A stretch of DNA of 64,000 nucleotides from Thraustochytrium aureum (lineage: Eukaryota): assembly GCA_012862495.1 (NCBI GenBank), contig BLSG01000153.1, forward strand, positions 1 through 64,000, in the 5' to 3' direction. Below, piece by piece: positions 21,847-36,200 of this stretch (position 1 is its first letter; the number at the start of each line of letters is the position of its first letter). The notes beneath the pieces were generated by a model. The model was given only the letters and a program-made list of their open reading frames with translations, was not told the origin of the DNA and ran no database searches. Made by a program: the position numbers and the translations under genes.

Positions 21847-22858
21847 TCAGGGGTTTTGCGAGGCTGTCATGGCCTTGAGCAGGTCGCGGCTGCGTCCCAC
21901 GTTGGCGCTCTTCGACGAGGCCCCGCCGAACAAGCGGATGATCCGGCCCTTGGAATTCGTCCATGGCGGGAACCGCGCCGCGAGGATCGATCGGACGGGC
22001 CACATTTGGTCCACCGTCTGCGATTTCTCCAAGCAGGCCCGCTCGTGCGAAAACGTGCGAAAGCTGTAGTAGCCGTGGTAGTTGCCCATCCCAGAGTTGC
22101 CCACCCCCCCGAACGGGAGGTTGTGGTTGATGAGGTGCAGCATGGCGTCGTTCACGTTGAGGCCGCCTGACGTGGTGCGGGTCTTGATCGTCTCCACAAA
22201 AGCGCTGCTCTGGGAAAACACGTACAGGCCCAGGGGCTTGCCCGTTGGCATGTGACGAACAAACTGCACAACATCCTCGAGGTCCGAGTAGCGCACAATT
22301 GGCACCACCGGGCCGAAGATCTCGTCGGCCATCAGCGGGCTCGCCTTGAAGGCTTCCATGTCAGTGCCAAAATCCACCAGCGTCGGGCTCACAAATCTGT
22401 CGGCGGCATCCACGACGCCGCCGTGCACGACGCGCTTGCGCTCGTCCTCGATCAGCTTTGCAAGGCGCCCAACGGCGGTTTCGTTAATGATACGACCGTA
22501 CCATGTGGACTCTTGCGCGTTCTCGCCGTAAAACTTGACCAGCGTCTCCTTGATCTTGGCCACAAACTTGTCCCCAACTGCCTCGTGCACCATCACAAAG
22601 TCCGGCCGCACGCACGTCTGGCCACTGTTGAGCTGCGAGGCGAAGACAAAGCGCTTGGCAGCGTGGTCCAGATCCGCTGTTTTGTCTACAATGCATGGCG
22701 ACTTGCCGCCCAGCTCGAGCACACACGGGGTGAGGTGCTCGGCCGCCGCGCGGGCCACAATCTTGCCCACAAAGGCGCTTCCCGTGAAGAAGATGAGATC
22801 AAACTTTTGCTCGAGCAAGGCGTTGGTCACCGACCTGTTGCCCTCCACGACTCGGATC
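21847..22858 (-). CDS. Aldehyde dehydrogenase, family 3-like; 5' part in gap
   Basis: FTGS, LELGGKSP, NSGQTC (catalytic Cys), EIFGP and PFGGVGNSGMG. Confidence 0.92.
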
Positions 22859-24287
22859 NNNNNNNNNNNNNNNNNNNNNNNNNNNNNNNNNNNNNNNNNN
22901 NNNNNNNNNNNNNNNNNNNNNNNNNNNNNNNNNNNNNNNNNNNNNNNNNNNNNNNNNNNNNNNNNNNNNNNNNNNNNNNNNNNNNNNNNNNNNNNNNNNN
23001 NNNNNNNNNNNNNNNNNNNNNNNNNNNNNNNNNNNNNNNNNNNNNNNNNNNNNNNNNNNNNNNNNNNNNNNNNNNNNNNNNNNNNNNNNNNNNNNNNNNN
23101 NNNNNNNNNNNNNNNNNNNNNNNNNNNNNNNNNNNNNNNNNNNNNNNNNNNNNNNNNNNNNNNNNNNNNNNNNNNNNNNNNNNNNNNNNNNNNNNNNNNN
23201 NNNNNNNNNNNNNNNNNNNNNNNNNNNNNNNNNNNNNNNNNNNNNNNNNNNNNNNNNNNNNNNNNNNNNNNNNNNNNNNNNNNNNNNNNNNNNNNNNNNN
23301 NNNNNNNNNNNNNNNNNNNNNNNNNNNNNNNNNNNNNNNNNNNNNNNNNNNNNNNNNNNNNNNNNNNNNNNNNNNNNNNNNNNNNNNNNNNNNNNNNNNN
23401 NNNNNNNNNNNNNNNNNNNNNNNNNNNNNNNNNNNNNNNNNNNNNNNNNNNNNNNNNNNNNNNNNNNNNNNNNNNNNNNNNNNNNNNNNNNNNNNNNNNN
23501 NNNNNNNNNNNNNNNNNNNNNNNNNNNNNNNNNNNNNNNNNNNNNNNNNNNNNNNNNNNNNNNNNNNNNNNNNNNNNNNNNNNNNNNNNNNNNNNNNNNN
23601 NNNNNNNNNNNNNNNNNNNNNNNNNNNNNNNNNNNNNNNNNNNNNNNNNNNNNNNNNNNNNNNNNNNNNNNNNNNNNNNNNNNNNNNNNNNNNNNNNNNN
23701 NNNNNNNNNNNNNNNNNNNNNNNNNNNNNNNNNNNNNNNNNNNNNNNNNNNNNNNNNNNNNNNNNNNNNNNNNNNNNNNNNNNNNNNNNNNNNNNNNNNN
23801 NNNNNNGCTCGGGTTCGCTTGCACGCTTTTTGGAACAGACGCAGCCTCACGCCTGTTGATTCGGCGCTCTGGCCGGTCCGCTGTTCGGCAACAAGTGTCT
23901 TGGGCGCAATGGGCTAGACCTCGGCGCTTTCTCCGCGTCGACACGCCGAGACGCCGAGCTCGTGGAAGCGTGCGCGCTTTCACCGGAGCTCGCTCGATGT
24001 GCATGGCATGCCTCGAGGTACCTCGTCTTCCTTTCTATGTACTCGTAACATGCCAACCGTCGGCCCTTTGGTGTGCCTCATTCATCGCTCGAACCGCCTT
24101 GATCGAGGCAAGAGCTGCGAGTCGGAGAGCATCTGGTCGCCCTCGCTGATGGCCGTGGGCAGCCAGAGACCGTGGCGCCGAGTCCTTCTCAAAAAAAAAC
24201 GCAACCTCAGGCTGGCTGGAGTCGGCAGAGTACCAGTGCGCCGAGCGACTGCGCACGGACCGAGCCGTGCCCGGTCCGTGAGCAGGG

Positions 24288-26434
24288 ATGCTGCGCGCTG
24301 CGGCGCGATTGGCCGCGGGGTGCAGCGCGGCCTTGGTCTTCGTGAGCGGGTTGAGTAGCGACGGCCTGGCTTGGCGCCAGGCGCTCGACGACGCCCTCGC
24401 GATCCTCCAGGCGAAAGTCGGGGCCCTGGCTGTCAAAGATGCGATGACGAGGCTTCGCGCCGCCGGATGCGGCAAAGCGCCAGAGTGCGTCAGCCAGCTT
24501 GCTGACACCGCCTTTGCGGTGCACAGCGAAGCCAGGTTTGGCGAGGTGCTCGAAATGTACGCCACACTGGTCGACTGGGTAGACAACGAGCCAGAAATCC
24601 ACCCTTCCGAGAGGCTCAAGCTCGCACTGCGAAACAACCTCGGACGCGTCATGTACGAGCAGGGCCAGTACGTAGGCGCTGCGGAAGTGCTCCGCGAGAC
24701 CCTCGCGCAGGTCCCAGAGGCTCGCGACACTGGCCCTGCACGACCATGGTTTGTAGAGCTCCACGCTAACGCATGGAACAACCTTGGGCTCGCAATGCAC
24801 CGGCAGGGACGGTGCTGCGAAGCAGACGCGGTGAAGGCGTACCGAAACGCAGCTGCCCTCAACAGAGGACTCAACAACGGCGAGGTGCTGTACAACCTGG
24901 GAGTCTCGCTGAGCAAACTGGGCCACCACGAACAGGCTCTAGAGATGTTCAGGGAGACTCTCGCAATAGACCCGCACTCGGCCCAGGCGCTGATCAACAT
25001 GGCCGCCATTTTCCACGAGCACCTTGTGCTCGATGAAGCAATCGCAGGGTACGAAAAGGCCATTCAAATTACACAAGTCGGCTCCGACCTGCGGCTCATG
25101 GCGCTCTCAAACCTCGGCCTGGCATACATGGAGCTTGGCGATGCCGACACGTCGGTGCGCTTCTTCGACCAGGTACTGGCCGAGCGCGCCGCAGACGACG
25201 ATTTGGACCTGAAAACCCGAGCGCAGCGCCTGACTGCGCGCCGCATTGTGTGCGACTGGCGAGACCTCGCTGCAGAGACTGCCTGGCTCACAGACAACGT
25301 CGTGGCGCGACAGCTTTCGAAAGGAGTAGAGCCGTCGCTCCTGCCGTTCGACTCGCTGCTTCTCCCGATCCCAGCCGCACTTCGGCTTGAGATCGCCAGG
25401 GCCTACGCTGCGCAGCACGACATGGAGGCCTGGGCGCCAGAGTGGGACGCGTCCAGGTTGCGAGGAGGCCGCCTACCCCGCGTCGGCTACATGTCATATG
25501 ACTTTAACGACCACCCAACCGCGCACCTGGTCGAGGACCTCTTCAACCTGCACCGCGACGGCGGGCGGGTCGAGTCGCACACCCTCAGCTACGGCAAGGA
25601 CGACGGGTCGCCGTTTCGCCGCAGGATTGAGGCGGCAGGCACAGCCTTTCACCAGCTCGCGCTGAGCTCGCACGACGAGAGCCGCCGTCTGATTCGCGAC
25701 GAGCTGGAGATCGACATTCTCGTCGACATGCAGGGGTTCACGCGAGGGGGGCGGCCCGCTGTTGTGGCTGCGCGGCCCGCTCCAATTGTGGTAAGCTACC
25801 TCATTTTCGCGGGAACCTCTGGAGCGAGCTTCACCGACTACTTTGTGGGCGATGCAGTGGCCTCGCCGCTGGCCGAGCTCGCGCCCGCCTTCTCGGAGCG
25901 GCTTGTGCTCCTCCCGGCCTGCTACCAGGTCAACTCGTACTCCCACCACGAGGGCGGGGCTGCCGCGCCACTTGAGAGCACGGACGCGTTGCAGCTTGCC
26001 TCCTTCGTGTTTGTCAACTTCAACAAGAACGACAAGCTGGACCCGCTCTCCTTCGACGCTTGGATGCAAATCCTGCTGCAAGTCCCTGGCAGTATACTCT
26101 GGCTCCTGGAGCCGTCGAGGCGGCACTCCCCGGCGCGCCTCGTGGCAAATTTGCGCCGAGAAGCTGCAGCGCGTGGCGTCCACCCCGACAGACTCGGTTT
26201 GCTCCTCGCATAGCCAAGGCCGAGCACATTGCGCGCCACGTTCACGGCCACCTCTTTCTTGACTCGCTCGTGTACGGGGCGCACTCGACAGCCACGGACG
26301 CGCTGCGCGGGGGCTTGCCTGTATTGACTTTGGCAGGGGACGCGTTTGCGTCGCGGGTGGCGGCCTCGCTCCTCCACAACGTCGACCTCGACTGCCTTAT
26401 TACCTACTCTGTCAAGGACTTTGTTTCGACAGCG
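24288..26434 (+). CDS. TPR-containing GT41 protein O-glycosyltransferase (OGT/SEC/SPINDLY family); frameshift near 26197, 3' end in gap
   Basis: TPR motifs (AWNNLG, LYNLG, LSNLG), GYMSYDFNDHPTAHL, NFNKNDK, and FLDSLVYGAHSTATDALRGGLPVLT...FASRVAASLL. Confidence 0.88.
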
Positions 26435-27232
26435 NNNNNNNNNNNNNNNNNNNNNNNNNNNNNNNNNNNNNNNNNNNNNNNNNNNNNNNNNNNNNNNNNN
26501 NNNNNNNNNNNNNNNNNNNNNNNNNNNNNNNNNNNNNNNNNNNNNNNNNNNNNNNNNNNNNNNNNNNNNNNNNNNNNNNNNNNNNNNNNNNNNNNNNNNN
26601 NNNNNNNNNNNNNNNNNNNNNNNNNNNNNNNNNNNNNNNNNNNNNNNNNNNNNNNNNNNNNNNNNNNNNNNNNNNNNNNNNNNNNNNNNNNNNNNNNNNN
26701 NNNNNNNNNNNNNNNNNNNNNNNNNNNNNNNNNNNNNNNNNNNNNNNNNNNNNNNNNNNNNNNNNNNNNNNNNNNNNNNNNNNNNNNNNNNNNNNNNNNN
26801 NNNNNNNNNNNNNNNNNNNNNNNNNNNNNNNNNNNNNNNNNNNNNNNNNNNNNNNNNNNNNNNNNNNNNNNNNNNNNNNNNNNNNNNNNNNNNNNNNNNN
26901 NNNNNNNNNNNNNNNNNNNNNNNNNNNNNNNNNNNNNNNNNNNNNNNNNNNNNNNNNNNNNNNNNNNNNNNNNNTGAGGTGTGGGGTCTTGGTCCGCGTT
27001 CTTTGTTCGCAGGAACGAAAGTGTTTCTTGATTTTTTTTCGAGTGGCAAGGCGGTGCCTCGGCAGAGCCCCAACCGAACGCAGAAGCGAGCGGCGCAGTA
27101 CCCAAAGCAGCAGCCGCGACAGGGGGCAGCGGACCACGCCCGACGCACGACGACGCACGCGCGACGCACGCGCAACGCACGCTCCCCCGCGCGCCAAGCT
27201 GGTCGTGGCGCTTTTGACTGGGAGGCGAGCGG

Positions 27233-30200
27233 ATGTTTGAGAATGCCGTGCAGCAACTCCTCCGCAGGTACCTGCGCGACTACCTGTGCGTGGACGAGGT
27301 GGCGCTGCAGCACATCGTGGTCTCGCTGTGGAGCGGCAAACTAGAGGTGGAAAACCTCGAGCTGCAGAGCGTCGCGCTGGAAAAGCTGCTCGGAATCCAA
27401 GTGACCACTTCCAGAAGTGTCGTGCGCAAGCTGGTGATCAACGTGCCCTGGACGGCCCTGCAGAGCAAGCCTGTTGTCATTCGGCTGGAAGGCATCGAGA
27501 TCGTCGCCCAACCCAAGCCCAACACGCACGGCGCTCAGGACGCCGCCTCGCACGCGCTCGAAGCCACGTCCGCCAAACTCAAGCGCCTGGAGCAGCTCGA
27601 AAGCCTCGAGTCCGGCGGGGTGGCCGCCGAAGCCGGCGCCCAGGCCGACGCGGATGACAAGAAGGCGTCATTCTGGGAAAAGCTGGGCACAAAGATCCTC
27701 GACAACCTACAACTGGTGTTGAGCGATATCCACGTGCGCTTCGAAGAGCGCGAGCGCGTGGCAGGCGTGCGGATTGATGAGGTGGCGCTCGTCTCCGCCG
27801 ACGAGAACTGGTGCGAGGCCTTCACGCTCGATGAGGCGAGCCTCCGCAAATTAGCGCGCATCCGCGGGATCCGCGCCTACGTGGACGACGCCCAGTTCGC
27901 ATCCGCGCCTCGCGATCTGTTCGCCCAAGAAAGCGTTGAGGCGCGTCTCAAGCTCCGCAAAGACGCGCGCACCAAAGCGACGCAGGCTGTCGATGTGGCC
28001 ATCACCCTGGGCACTTTCTCCTTTGACTTGCGACGTAGCCAAGTGCTCGCGCTCCGCGGCGCAGCGCAGGACGCCCTCGAGACGCCTTCGCCTCGCCAGC
28101 GATGGCAGCGCGCGATCGGCCGCGTCATTTCGCGCCAGCAAGCGGCGAGAGCGGCGCTCAAGCGCGCCGCCTGGGTGCTCGCGCGCCGGGGACCTGTACG
28201 TAAAGCTCTTCAAGCGCCGACTGGAGGCAACGAGGTCCTGGCTCGCGCCGCTCACTGCCAGCCAGCACAAGGAACTCGCCGCCCTCGAGGCGCACCCCAA
28301 CATGGCGTTTGGTGATATCGTCAAGCTGCGCAAAGTGGCGTACGAAGAAGTGCGCCTCGAGGTGGGCGACCCCGCGCTGGACGTGCGCAAGCGCCGGCAA
28401 GGCGATGCACTACCCCGCGACCCTGCTCAGCTCGACGCCGCAAATGCTGGCCGACCGGCCCAGAACCAAAAGCAAGGCTGGCTATCCTCGTGGTGGTACG
28501 GCTCGGCCGAACCAGACCAGGGGCCAGAAGGGGTCGATGCTGGCGAAACTGGTGCAGGAGGCGACCAAAAGAATTCCGATGAGGGCCTCGCGCCCTCTTC
28601 CAAAGTGGTCGACGTTTCTGAGGACGAGCGCGCCCAGCTTTACGAGACAATCGGATTCGACCCGGAGGAGGACGAGCCGGGCAGGGCCGACCTGAACACG
28701 ATCCAGATAAAGCTAGCAGCGCACTTTACGAGCGCGGTGGCGCTCCTAATCGACGACGCAAGCGCCACGGCCTTTGCCCGGATGCAGCTTGGGGCTGTCG
28801 ACCTCGACGTCAACTTTCAAGGGGAGCTGCAAGCGCTCAACCTCTCGGCGGTGTCGCTGAGTGTTCGCGACCTGGCCCACGGGGAGAAAGGAACCCCTTT
28901 CAGCGACATCCTAGCGCCAGCCGAGCCCAATCCGACTTGCGAGTTGATCTCTGTTGCCATCGAGCGAACGGCGCCGCGAGCGCCGCTCAAAGTCGACGTG
29001 CGGCTCGACCAACCGCTGCGAATCGTCTACTGCGCCTCCTTCGTCGCCAGAACGTCCGACTTGCTGGCGGCCGCACCGGCCGCGCCTCCGACTGTGGAGA
29101 ATCAACGTCCGGACGACGTTCTGGACGAGACATCAGCGGATGCGGCAAACCTCGCCGGCTCTACCTGGGACGCCTACCAGGCGGCGTACTCGCAAGTCAG
29201 TATTGAAGACATCTGGGACGCTGATGCTGTTCCGCTCGTGGCGTTTTCGTTCAAAGCGCCGACCCTCCTCATCCCTGAAGACCCCGCAAACGTGTCGTCC
29301 CGCTTCCTTCGCGTCGACTTGGGCTCGTTCAGGCTTGGCCAGCAGCAAGGGCGGCCGAATGAGTGGGCTTTTAACGCCACAAAGATCAGCGCGCACCTCT
29401 GCCTCAGCCCAGACGAGCCGGAAGACAGCCACAAGGCCCTCCTGACGGATATTGGGCTGGACGCCTCGGTTCAGGTGTGCAGCGATCGCGATTCGCTCTC
29501 CACGCCGAGGATCTCAGCCGCTCTTGTCGTGCCGAAGATCTCGCTCAGCTTTACTGCCGACGTGCTGCGAGACACGCTGGCGGTGGCCGGCAGAGCAACC
29601 GCGCAGCGCGACTTGGCGCCAAAGCCAGTAGACTCGCTCAACGCGCCGCGCCTGCAAGACGCGGTGGTTCAATCTGCAACAGATCTGCGCGGAAAGCCTG
29701 GCGATTTAGCTCGGCCGCCGCAGCAGACCTCGCTGGCCCAGCGTGTGTCGCTGCAGATTCGAGCCCGCTTGGAGGGCGTCTCCATCGGCCTCGCTGCTGA
29801 AGGCGTCGCGGCGCAGCTCGAGCTTGGGGAACTCAGCTTGGCCTACCTAGCGCGCTCATTTGACTCAGAGGCAAGCTTTTCAGCACGGTCATTTGTGCTC
29901 CGCGATGCGCGCGCAGGTCGCGACGTCATCTCGCAGCGCGGTTCTGACGACGTGCTAGAGGCGACCCTGCGCTCCGCGCAAGAAGGGCTGTCGCCCCTTT
30001 TCGCCGGCTACGAGTCAGAATTTGCACTCCAGCTCGGCGCGATCGACGTTCTCGTTCCAAAAGCATTCTTCCAAGCAGTCGCCCACGCCACGCGCACTGA
30101 AAGGGGGGTCGAACTTGTCGATGAGACTGGCCCCAGTGTCGGTCGTTTGCAGGACGCTGGGGCCGAGAACGAGCCTAGGCGCATTGCTCCCTCGGCGCCA

Positions 30201-33200
30201 ACCACCAGGAAGCTCGTCTTCTGTGCCAAGGCACTAGAGGTGGTCTTCGAGCAAGACCAAGGCGTGCCCGTTGCGAGCCTGGCATGCGCGACAGCTACGC
30301 TAGAATCGACTGCCGCGTCAATGAAGGTCACGGTGGCGCGCTTTGGACTTCAAAGGCAGCTCTTCGACGCCGCTCCTGTCCCCTTTGCGCCAGTCAGAGG
30401 ACGGAGGCGTAAAGGACCAGGTCGTCCTTGGGTGGTCCCCCGTCGCTGGTTATGTACTCGAGACAGATCCACTTCACATCGTCGTCGACCAAGCCGTGTA
30501 CCTCGCGCTGGCAGACTTTGTCCCTCCGTCGCCCGCGCCGGCCTCGAGTAGCGGAGACAGCAGCCAGCCGCCAGCGCTTACACCTTTGCCTGAGCACGCG
30601 CCGCGACTTGGCCGAGCTGGCTCGTCATTCATGGCCTCGTCGCGCTCGGCAGGCCTCGCGGCTAGTACGTCGCCGTCGCATGCGCCAAAGAAAACCGACT
30701 CAGCGCCGAGCGGGTTCGAACTCAAGCTGCGCAACGCAGACCAGCCATTCGTTGTTGAGTTTGTATCGTCAGAGAATGCCAAGTGCGAGCTTCGCGTCGG
30801 CGGAGTCACAGCTCGACACGGCCGCTACGCAATCGAAAAGATTTCTGTCGTCCTTGACGACATCGAGCAGGTCGGGCTCGTGCGCGACCTCTCGTACTCG
30901 GCCAGCGGCCTAATCGAGGTTGCAGAGGCACGCTTGGTCGTCAATCCGCGCACACGCGAGCTCTCTGGAGCATTCGTGGACAAATTACGGTCTTGGGGGG
31001 ACGCCGTCGGTTCGATCAGTGGCGGGGACAGCGCGCAAGTCGACCAGGACGGGGAAGGCGCGCAAGTTGACAAGGGCGCCAATCTCTCCGTCAAAGTCGG
31101 GCGCTTGGTGGTTGTCACCCGTGACCTCAACGACAAGTCCGGCCTCGCCTTGTCGCTTGAACGGTTCACTTTCAACGACGGCCGCGTCGCGGTCATGGCG
31201 CTGCGCCTAGACGACGAACAGCCTGCCTCCAACGACGGAAGATACATCTGGAACGACGACCTAGACGCAGCTCTCCCCGAGCGAGGCACCGAGGGAGACG
31301 TTGAGCCAGCCGTGCTTGTGGACACGAATCAGACGCCAGTCCAAGCGCGGCTTGGGCCAGGGGCGAATTTGTGGCTCACCCCACGCTCTCGAGCCGTCGT
31401 CGTGTCAAACGTAGGCCTCATTCTCGCCTTGGTGCACTTGGTACAAGAGGCACGACGAGGCGCGTCGGCCGACGCAGAGGTCGGTGTCAAGGCAGGAGAC
31501 GTGGACGGAGGCGACCGCGAGGCGACGACAGAGTCTTTCCGGCTCGACATGCCCTCGCTCGCTGTGCATGTGGACACCTTTCGGCCCAACCTTCCTAGTG
31601 TTCACATCGGTGCGTCCCGCGGCGCGATGGTAGTCGACTCTGATGGCATCATCTCAGTTCACTTTGAGGAACTTGTCGTGTTGGGGGAAGTAGCGCTCGA
31701 GATTACCGTTCGTGTGGCATTCGAACCACAGGCCATGCGCGTCGACGTCTCGCTTCCAGTGAGCAGCGGCGTGACCTTGCTGCGCCTCAGCCCGCGCTCG
31801 CTGTACATGATCAACTCTGCCCTCAAGAGCAACATCCTCCTCGCGGCAGAGCTCCAGCCGCAGTATCAGCCCCCAAGTCCTGACGCGGTTCCCATCAAGC
31901 TTAGCTTTGCTCTGGGAGATCTAGTTGTGGCCCTCGAGTGCCCACGGAGCGCCAGCCTCGCCTTCTCCGAGGCTGACGGCCTCGCGCAAGACGGGATGGA
32001 AACGCAAGGCCTTGGCGAGGTCGCTGCTCCGCCGGCCGCTCCACCCGTCGATGGCAACTCGCGACAGGTCGACGTGACCGATCTGCCGCGGCTGCACTCC
32101 GCGCGCTCCGGGTCACCCCGCGCCAAGGCGCAACTTGGACTCGAGCCTGGCGCTAATGACGCGGGCATGGAAGAGACCGCCATCGTCGAGCTCCAAGCTC
32201 TGGTGTTCACCTATGACGGGGTTGAGGGCAAAGGCGCCTTGACAGCGCCACGTGGCGTCGTGCGCTCCAAGGTCGGGGACCATGCCGATTCAACGGAAGA
32301 AGAGGTCGCTTCGTTTGCCGATCTCAAGTTCGAGTTTGGGACGACCATCGACGGAGACGTTCATCACATTCAAATTGGTGTAGAAGCCAGCGAGCTCGGC
32401 GTTCGGTATAGTGGGCGAGTGGTGCAACGCGTCTTTGACTATGTCGCGGTTTTGGAGATCCTGCGCGTCGACAACCTACTCCAGCGCGAGCGAGACGAGG
32501 ACGACGCGTATGTTGAGAACCGGCATGTATCGGTCCGCTGGAACCTGCCCTCAGTCAGCTTTGCAGTTTTGCCGTCGTTGACCTTCGCGTCGGATCTCAC
32601 CGCCGCCTTGGTCGCCCAGACCGGCGTCGTTGGGCTCATTGAGATTGAGTACGGCCGTGACCAAGTGCACCGCGTGGCACAGTTCGATTTTGCTGGTGCG
32701 CGCGCCAGCGTCGACATGATCCACCCTCAATCACAGGCCTCGGTGCGACGATCCGATATGCTCGAGGACACGAGCGTGCTCCTAAAGGTCACGTCAGTAT
32801 TTACCCGCGAGGGAATTCTCAAGGAGACCAAAATCAGCGTCGTGGTCGACAAGCTCTTCGTTCGCTGCCCGCTGCCTGTCCTGCCCGGGATAAGCGCGCT
32901 GGTGGCGCGCACGCTCAAGGAGCGCCCGTCCCGACGCGTCGTGCGGCAGGCCATTCTCGAGCGCGTAGCTGAAGGTGGCAAGGCGGCACAGGCTGTCGCC
33001 GGGACGACATTGCAAGACCCCGCTGCGGCCTTGGCGCCAGAGGGCGGCGACGACACGGTTGCACCGCCACAGACCGCGGAAGCCGACACGCGCTATGACG
33101 TCAGCGTGTCTGTCGACAGCCTCGAGATTGCTCTCTATGGGTCCAAAGACCCCGTCGCTCGGCTACAAGTGCAGAGCACCTCGACCGTCGAGGGCAGCAG

Positions 33201-36200
33201 CGTTGGCGGGTCGACTTCGATCGACGATACCGCCTTCAAAGGCATGATCAGCATTTGGCGCACCAATATCGACTGCTTCAACACGAACAACATGAGCTGG
33301 GAGCCAATGGTCGAGCCGTGCGATATGACCTGCGAGCTCGAGACGATCCCGCACGCCTCGGGTTCGCGCGGGGCGCGGCTCGACTTCAAGTCGGCGTCGA
33401 GCGTGCGTGTCAACGTTCATCCCGAGCATGTCCGGGCACTCTGCGGCGCGGCCGAGGAGGGCAAGTCGGTGCTCACAGCGATGCAGCAAGCCACGAGCGC
33501 GATTACAGCCGCGGAAACCGATTCGGAGCGGGCCGAGGTGCTTGATGCGGCGATGGACAAGGTGGGCCAAGTGGGGGTGCACAGACACAGCTGCCAGGTC
33601 GTCAACGAGTGCACCATGGCGATCTCTGTGCAAGGCCAGTCTCTTATGCCCAAGTCGCAGTGTCGCGTGCAAGTGGAGGAGCGCCGCCTTGCGGCCAATA
33701 TTGGTCACATTTCGCGCGAAGTGGTCCTGGTTCCGGGGGACGTACAGGTTGTTTCTGCACCCGAGATTGCAATCTACGTTGAAGAGACCGGTGTGAGCGA
33801 GTTTACCATCGTCTTCGCCTCCTCAACGAGCGTGCGGAACGAGACCGATCTCACGCTGCAAGTGTGCTGCATTGGGAAGGGGGACTCCGAGAGTCAAGTG
33901 GACCCTGACGCTGTGCACCACCTGCTCCCGGGGACCATGATGGCAGTCCCGTCGCGCCTGGCGAAAAGCTCCGTAGTCCTTTTCCGTGAGTCCGAAATGG
34001 ACCAGTGGCAGCACCTGGGCATCCAAGAGCCGCCGCAAGTGGCTCGAGCGGTTATCAAGGACTCCAAGGTGGTGCTTGGCGCCGTCGAGCGTTCCCGCGG
34101 GCTTGCGGTCGTCGTCGCGCGCGTGTCCTGCTTCCCGCTGACCAAGGTTGCGCTGCGGCCCGTCGTGAAGGTGGAGAACAACCTTCCCGAAGCTATCCAC
34201 GGCCAAATGCTTGTGCAGTTAGCCGGGGAGAAGGACAAGGTCGTGGACGCCGCCTTCGAACTGGGCCCAGGAGAGTCGTACTTTGCGTACAACCCGGCCG
34301 CCCAAACCTTTCGCTTCGCGTTGGGACGCGCGCCGCGCGTTTTCGGTCCCGCTTTTGGCCTTGGCCGGGCGCAGGGCACGTACCGCTATCCTATCCAAAA
34401 GCCCGGGACAAACTGCGGCGCAAACCTGAGGGTGTTTCAGACGGACTTGCTCGTCCAAGTCTTTTCGCCGTTCTGGATCGTCAACGCGACGAGTCTTGAG
34501 CTCGATTATTCTAGCGAAGACGGGCTGCTACCCTTGCAGCCGACAGAGGGGTCCAGCCCCGCTCGCGTGGAGGAAGAGGCTTGGGAGAACCAGCGCAAGT
34601 ACCTTGTGCGCGGTTGGATCCCAAAGATGTTTCCGGGCGAGCGCCCGCCCTGGAGCGACCGGCAAGGCCAATTCGAGCGCCCTCGCGAAAGCGTGACCCT
34701 GCCGCGCGACTCGCCGCCCTGGGAGTGGGAGTCGGCCTGGGAGGTCGACCGGTCTTCTACCTCTACGGACGAGGACGGCTGGCAATACAACAGCTCTTTC
34801 GTGGGAAGCGCTTGGACCAGTTCCCCGACCCTGAGCGGGGTTGTTCGCAGGCGCCGCTGGGTTCGCACCCGCGTGCAGCCACGCAGCCCAGGACAGAGCG
34901 AGGCTGGCTCTGCGCAGTCAGAACGCGCCACGGCGGGGCACGTCGAGGTCTTTGGCTCGGATGCTGTGCGCGTGGCGCACGCCAGCAGCGAGGGGCGCCG
35001 ACTCTGGTCCAACGCCCTCGCTGTCGACATCGCGGCAGGGACCAACAACGTGTTTGCGGTGCGGGCAGGGCCGGACGAGTCGTTCTACGAGCTCGTCCTT
35101 TCTGTGACGCGGCACCCTGTACTGGCCTCGACCAAAGTGTGCACGATTGCTCCCCGCTACGTCATCGTCAACAAGTTTGCCGCAAGCGGTGGCTCTCCAC
35201 GCCCAAAGCTGCGCTGCATGCAGGCCAACACAACGCAGAGCCCCATTGTGGTCGAGACTGCCAGCCCCTTCTACTGGTACCGCCAATCATCGTCACAGCG
35301 GATCCAGTTCCAAGTAGGGTCATCAGACTGGTCCGCGCCCCTTCCGGTGTCTGAGCTAGGTGAATTCTGCATCGCGCTCGGCCAGGGCGCCGATCTAGTG
35401 CGCGCCTGTGTGGAGGTCAAGCGCAGCGAGTTGAACGGGTCCGTCCTTGTCGTCCTGCGCGAGGACGACCCGTTCGAGCCAATGTACAGGATCCAGAACG
35501 TGTCGATGGACACGCTTGTCGTCTCACAGCGCGGGACACCCGACGCCGGGACGGAGATTCCGCCATATGGATCCTCGGGCTTTGCGTGGACGGAGCCAGG
35601 GATCGCAAAGGACGTCTGCATCGAGTTCAAAGGCGACCATCGCACGCGAGTCGAGGTGAGCCTGAGCGCTGTAGGGGTAGAGAGGCGCGTCTCTCTCCCA
35701 GCGCTCCAGCGCACGCCAACCAGGACGGCTCGTAGTGGGGAGAAAGGGCGCCTCCGCGAGGGTGAGCCTGCGTTTGTGCACCTGGCCGGCGCACCTGGAA
35801 AGCGATGGGTCGCGGCACCGCCCAAGTTTGTCGTCGCGAGCCTGTTGGACGATCCGAATGCGACGTTGGCAGCGAAACCGTGGAATCCGCACCTGAGCGG
35901 CCTGCAGGCCAGCGCGCTCCGCTTCGTTCGCGTGTCCGGAATCGACTCTCAACGCAGCCTTGCATACGGTGACACTGTGGTCGTCTATTGCACCTCTGGG
36001 GACGGCAAACGCCGCGTGCTTTCTGCACGAGTGTGCAACGCGTCGATGGAGATGCGTCGCCGCAAAGATGCCCGAGCGAGAGCACGGGCCTTGAAAGCGA
36101 GCGGGACTACAGAACTGGAACTAGTCTGGGCTTTCCCGGGTCGTTCTGGTCACCATGGAGGAGGCGAGAGCGGAATGGGTAGCGAGCATCAGGATGGCAT

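Noticed and set aside
21847..23850. Long ORFs spanning N gaps (also 47897..51547 and others)
   Set aside because: Lengths and starts are artefacts of translating through N runs.
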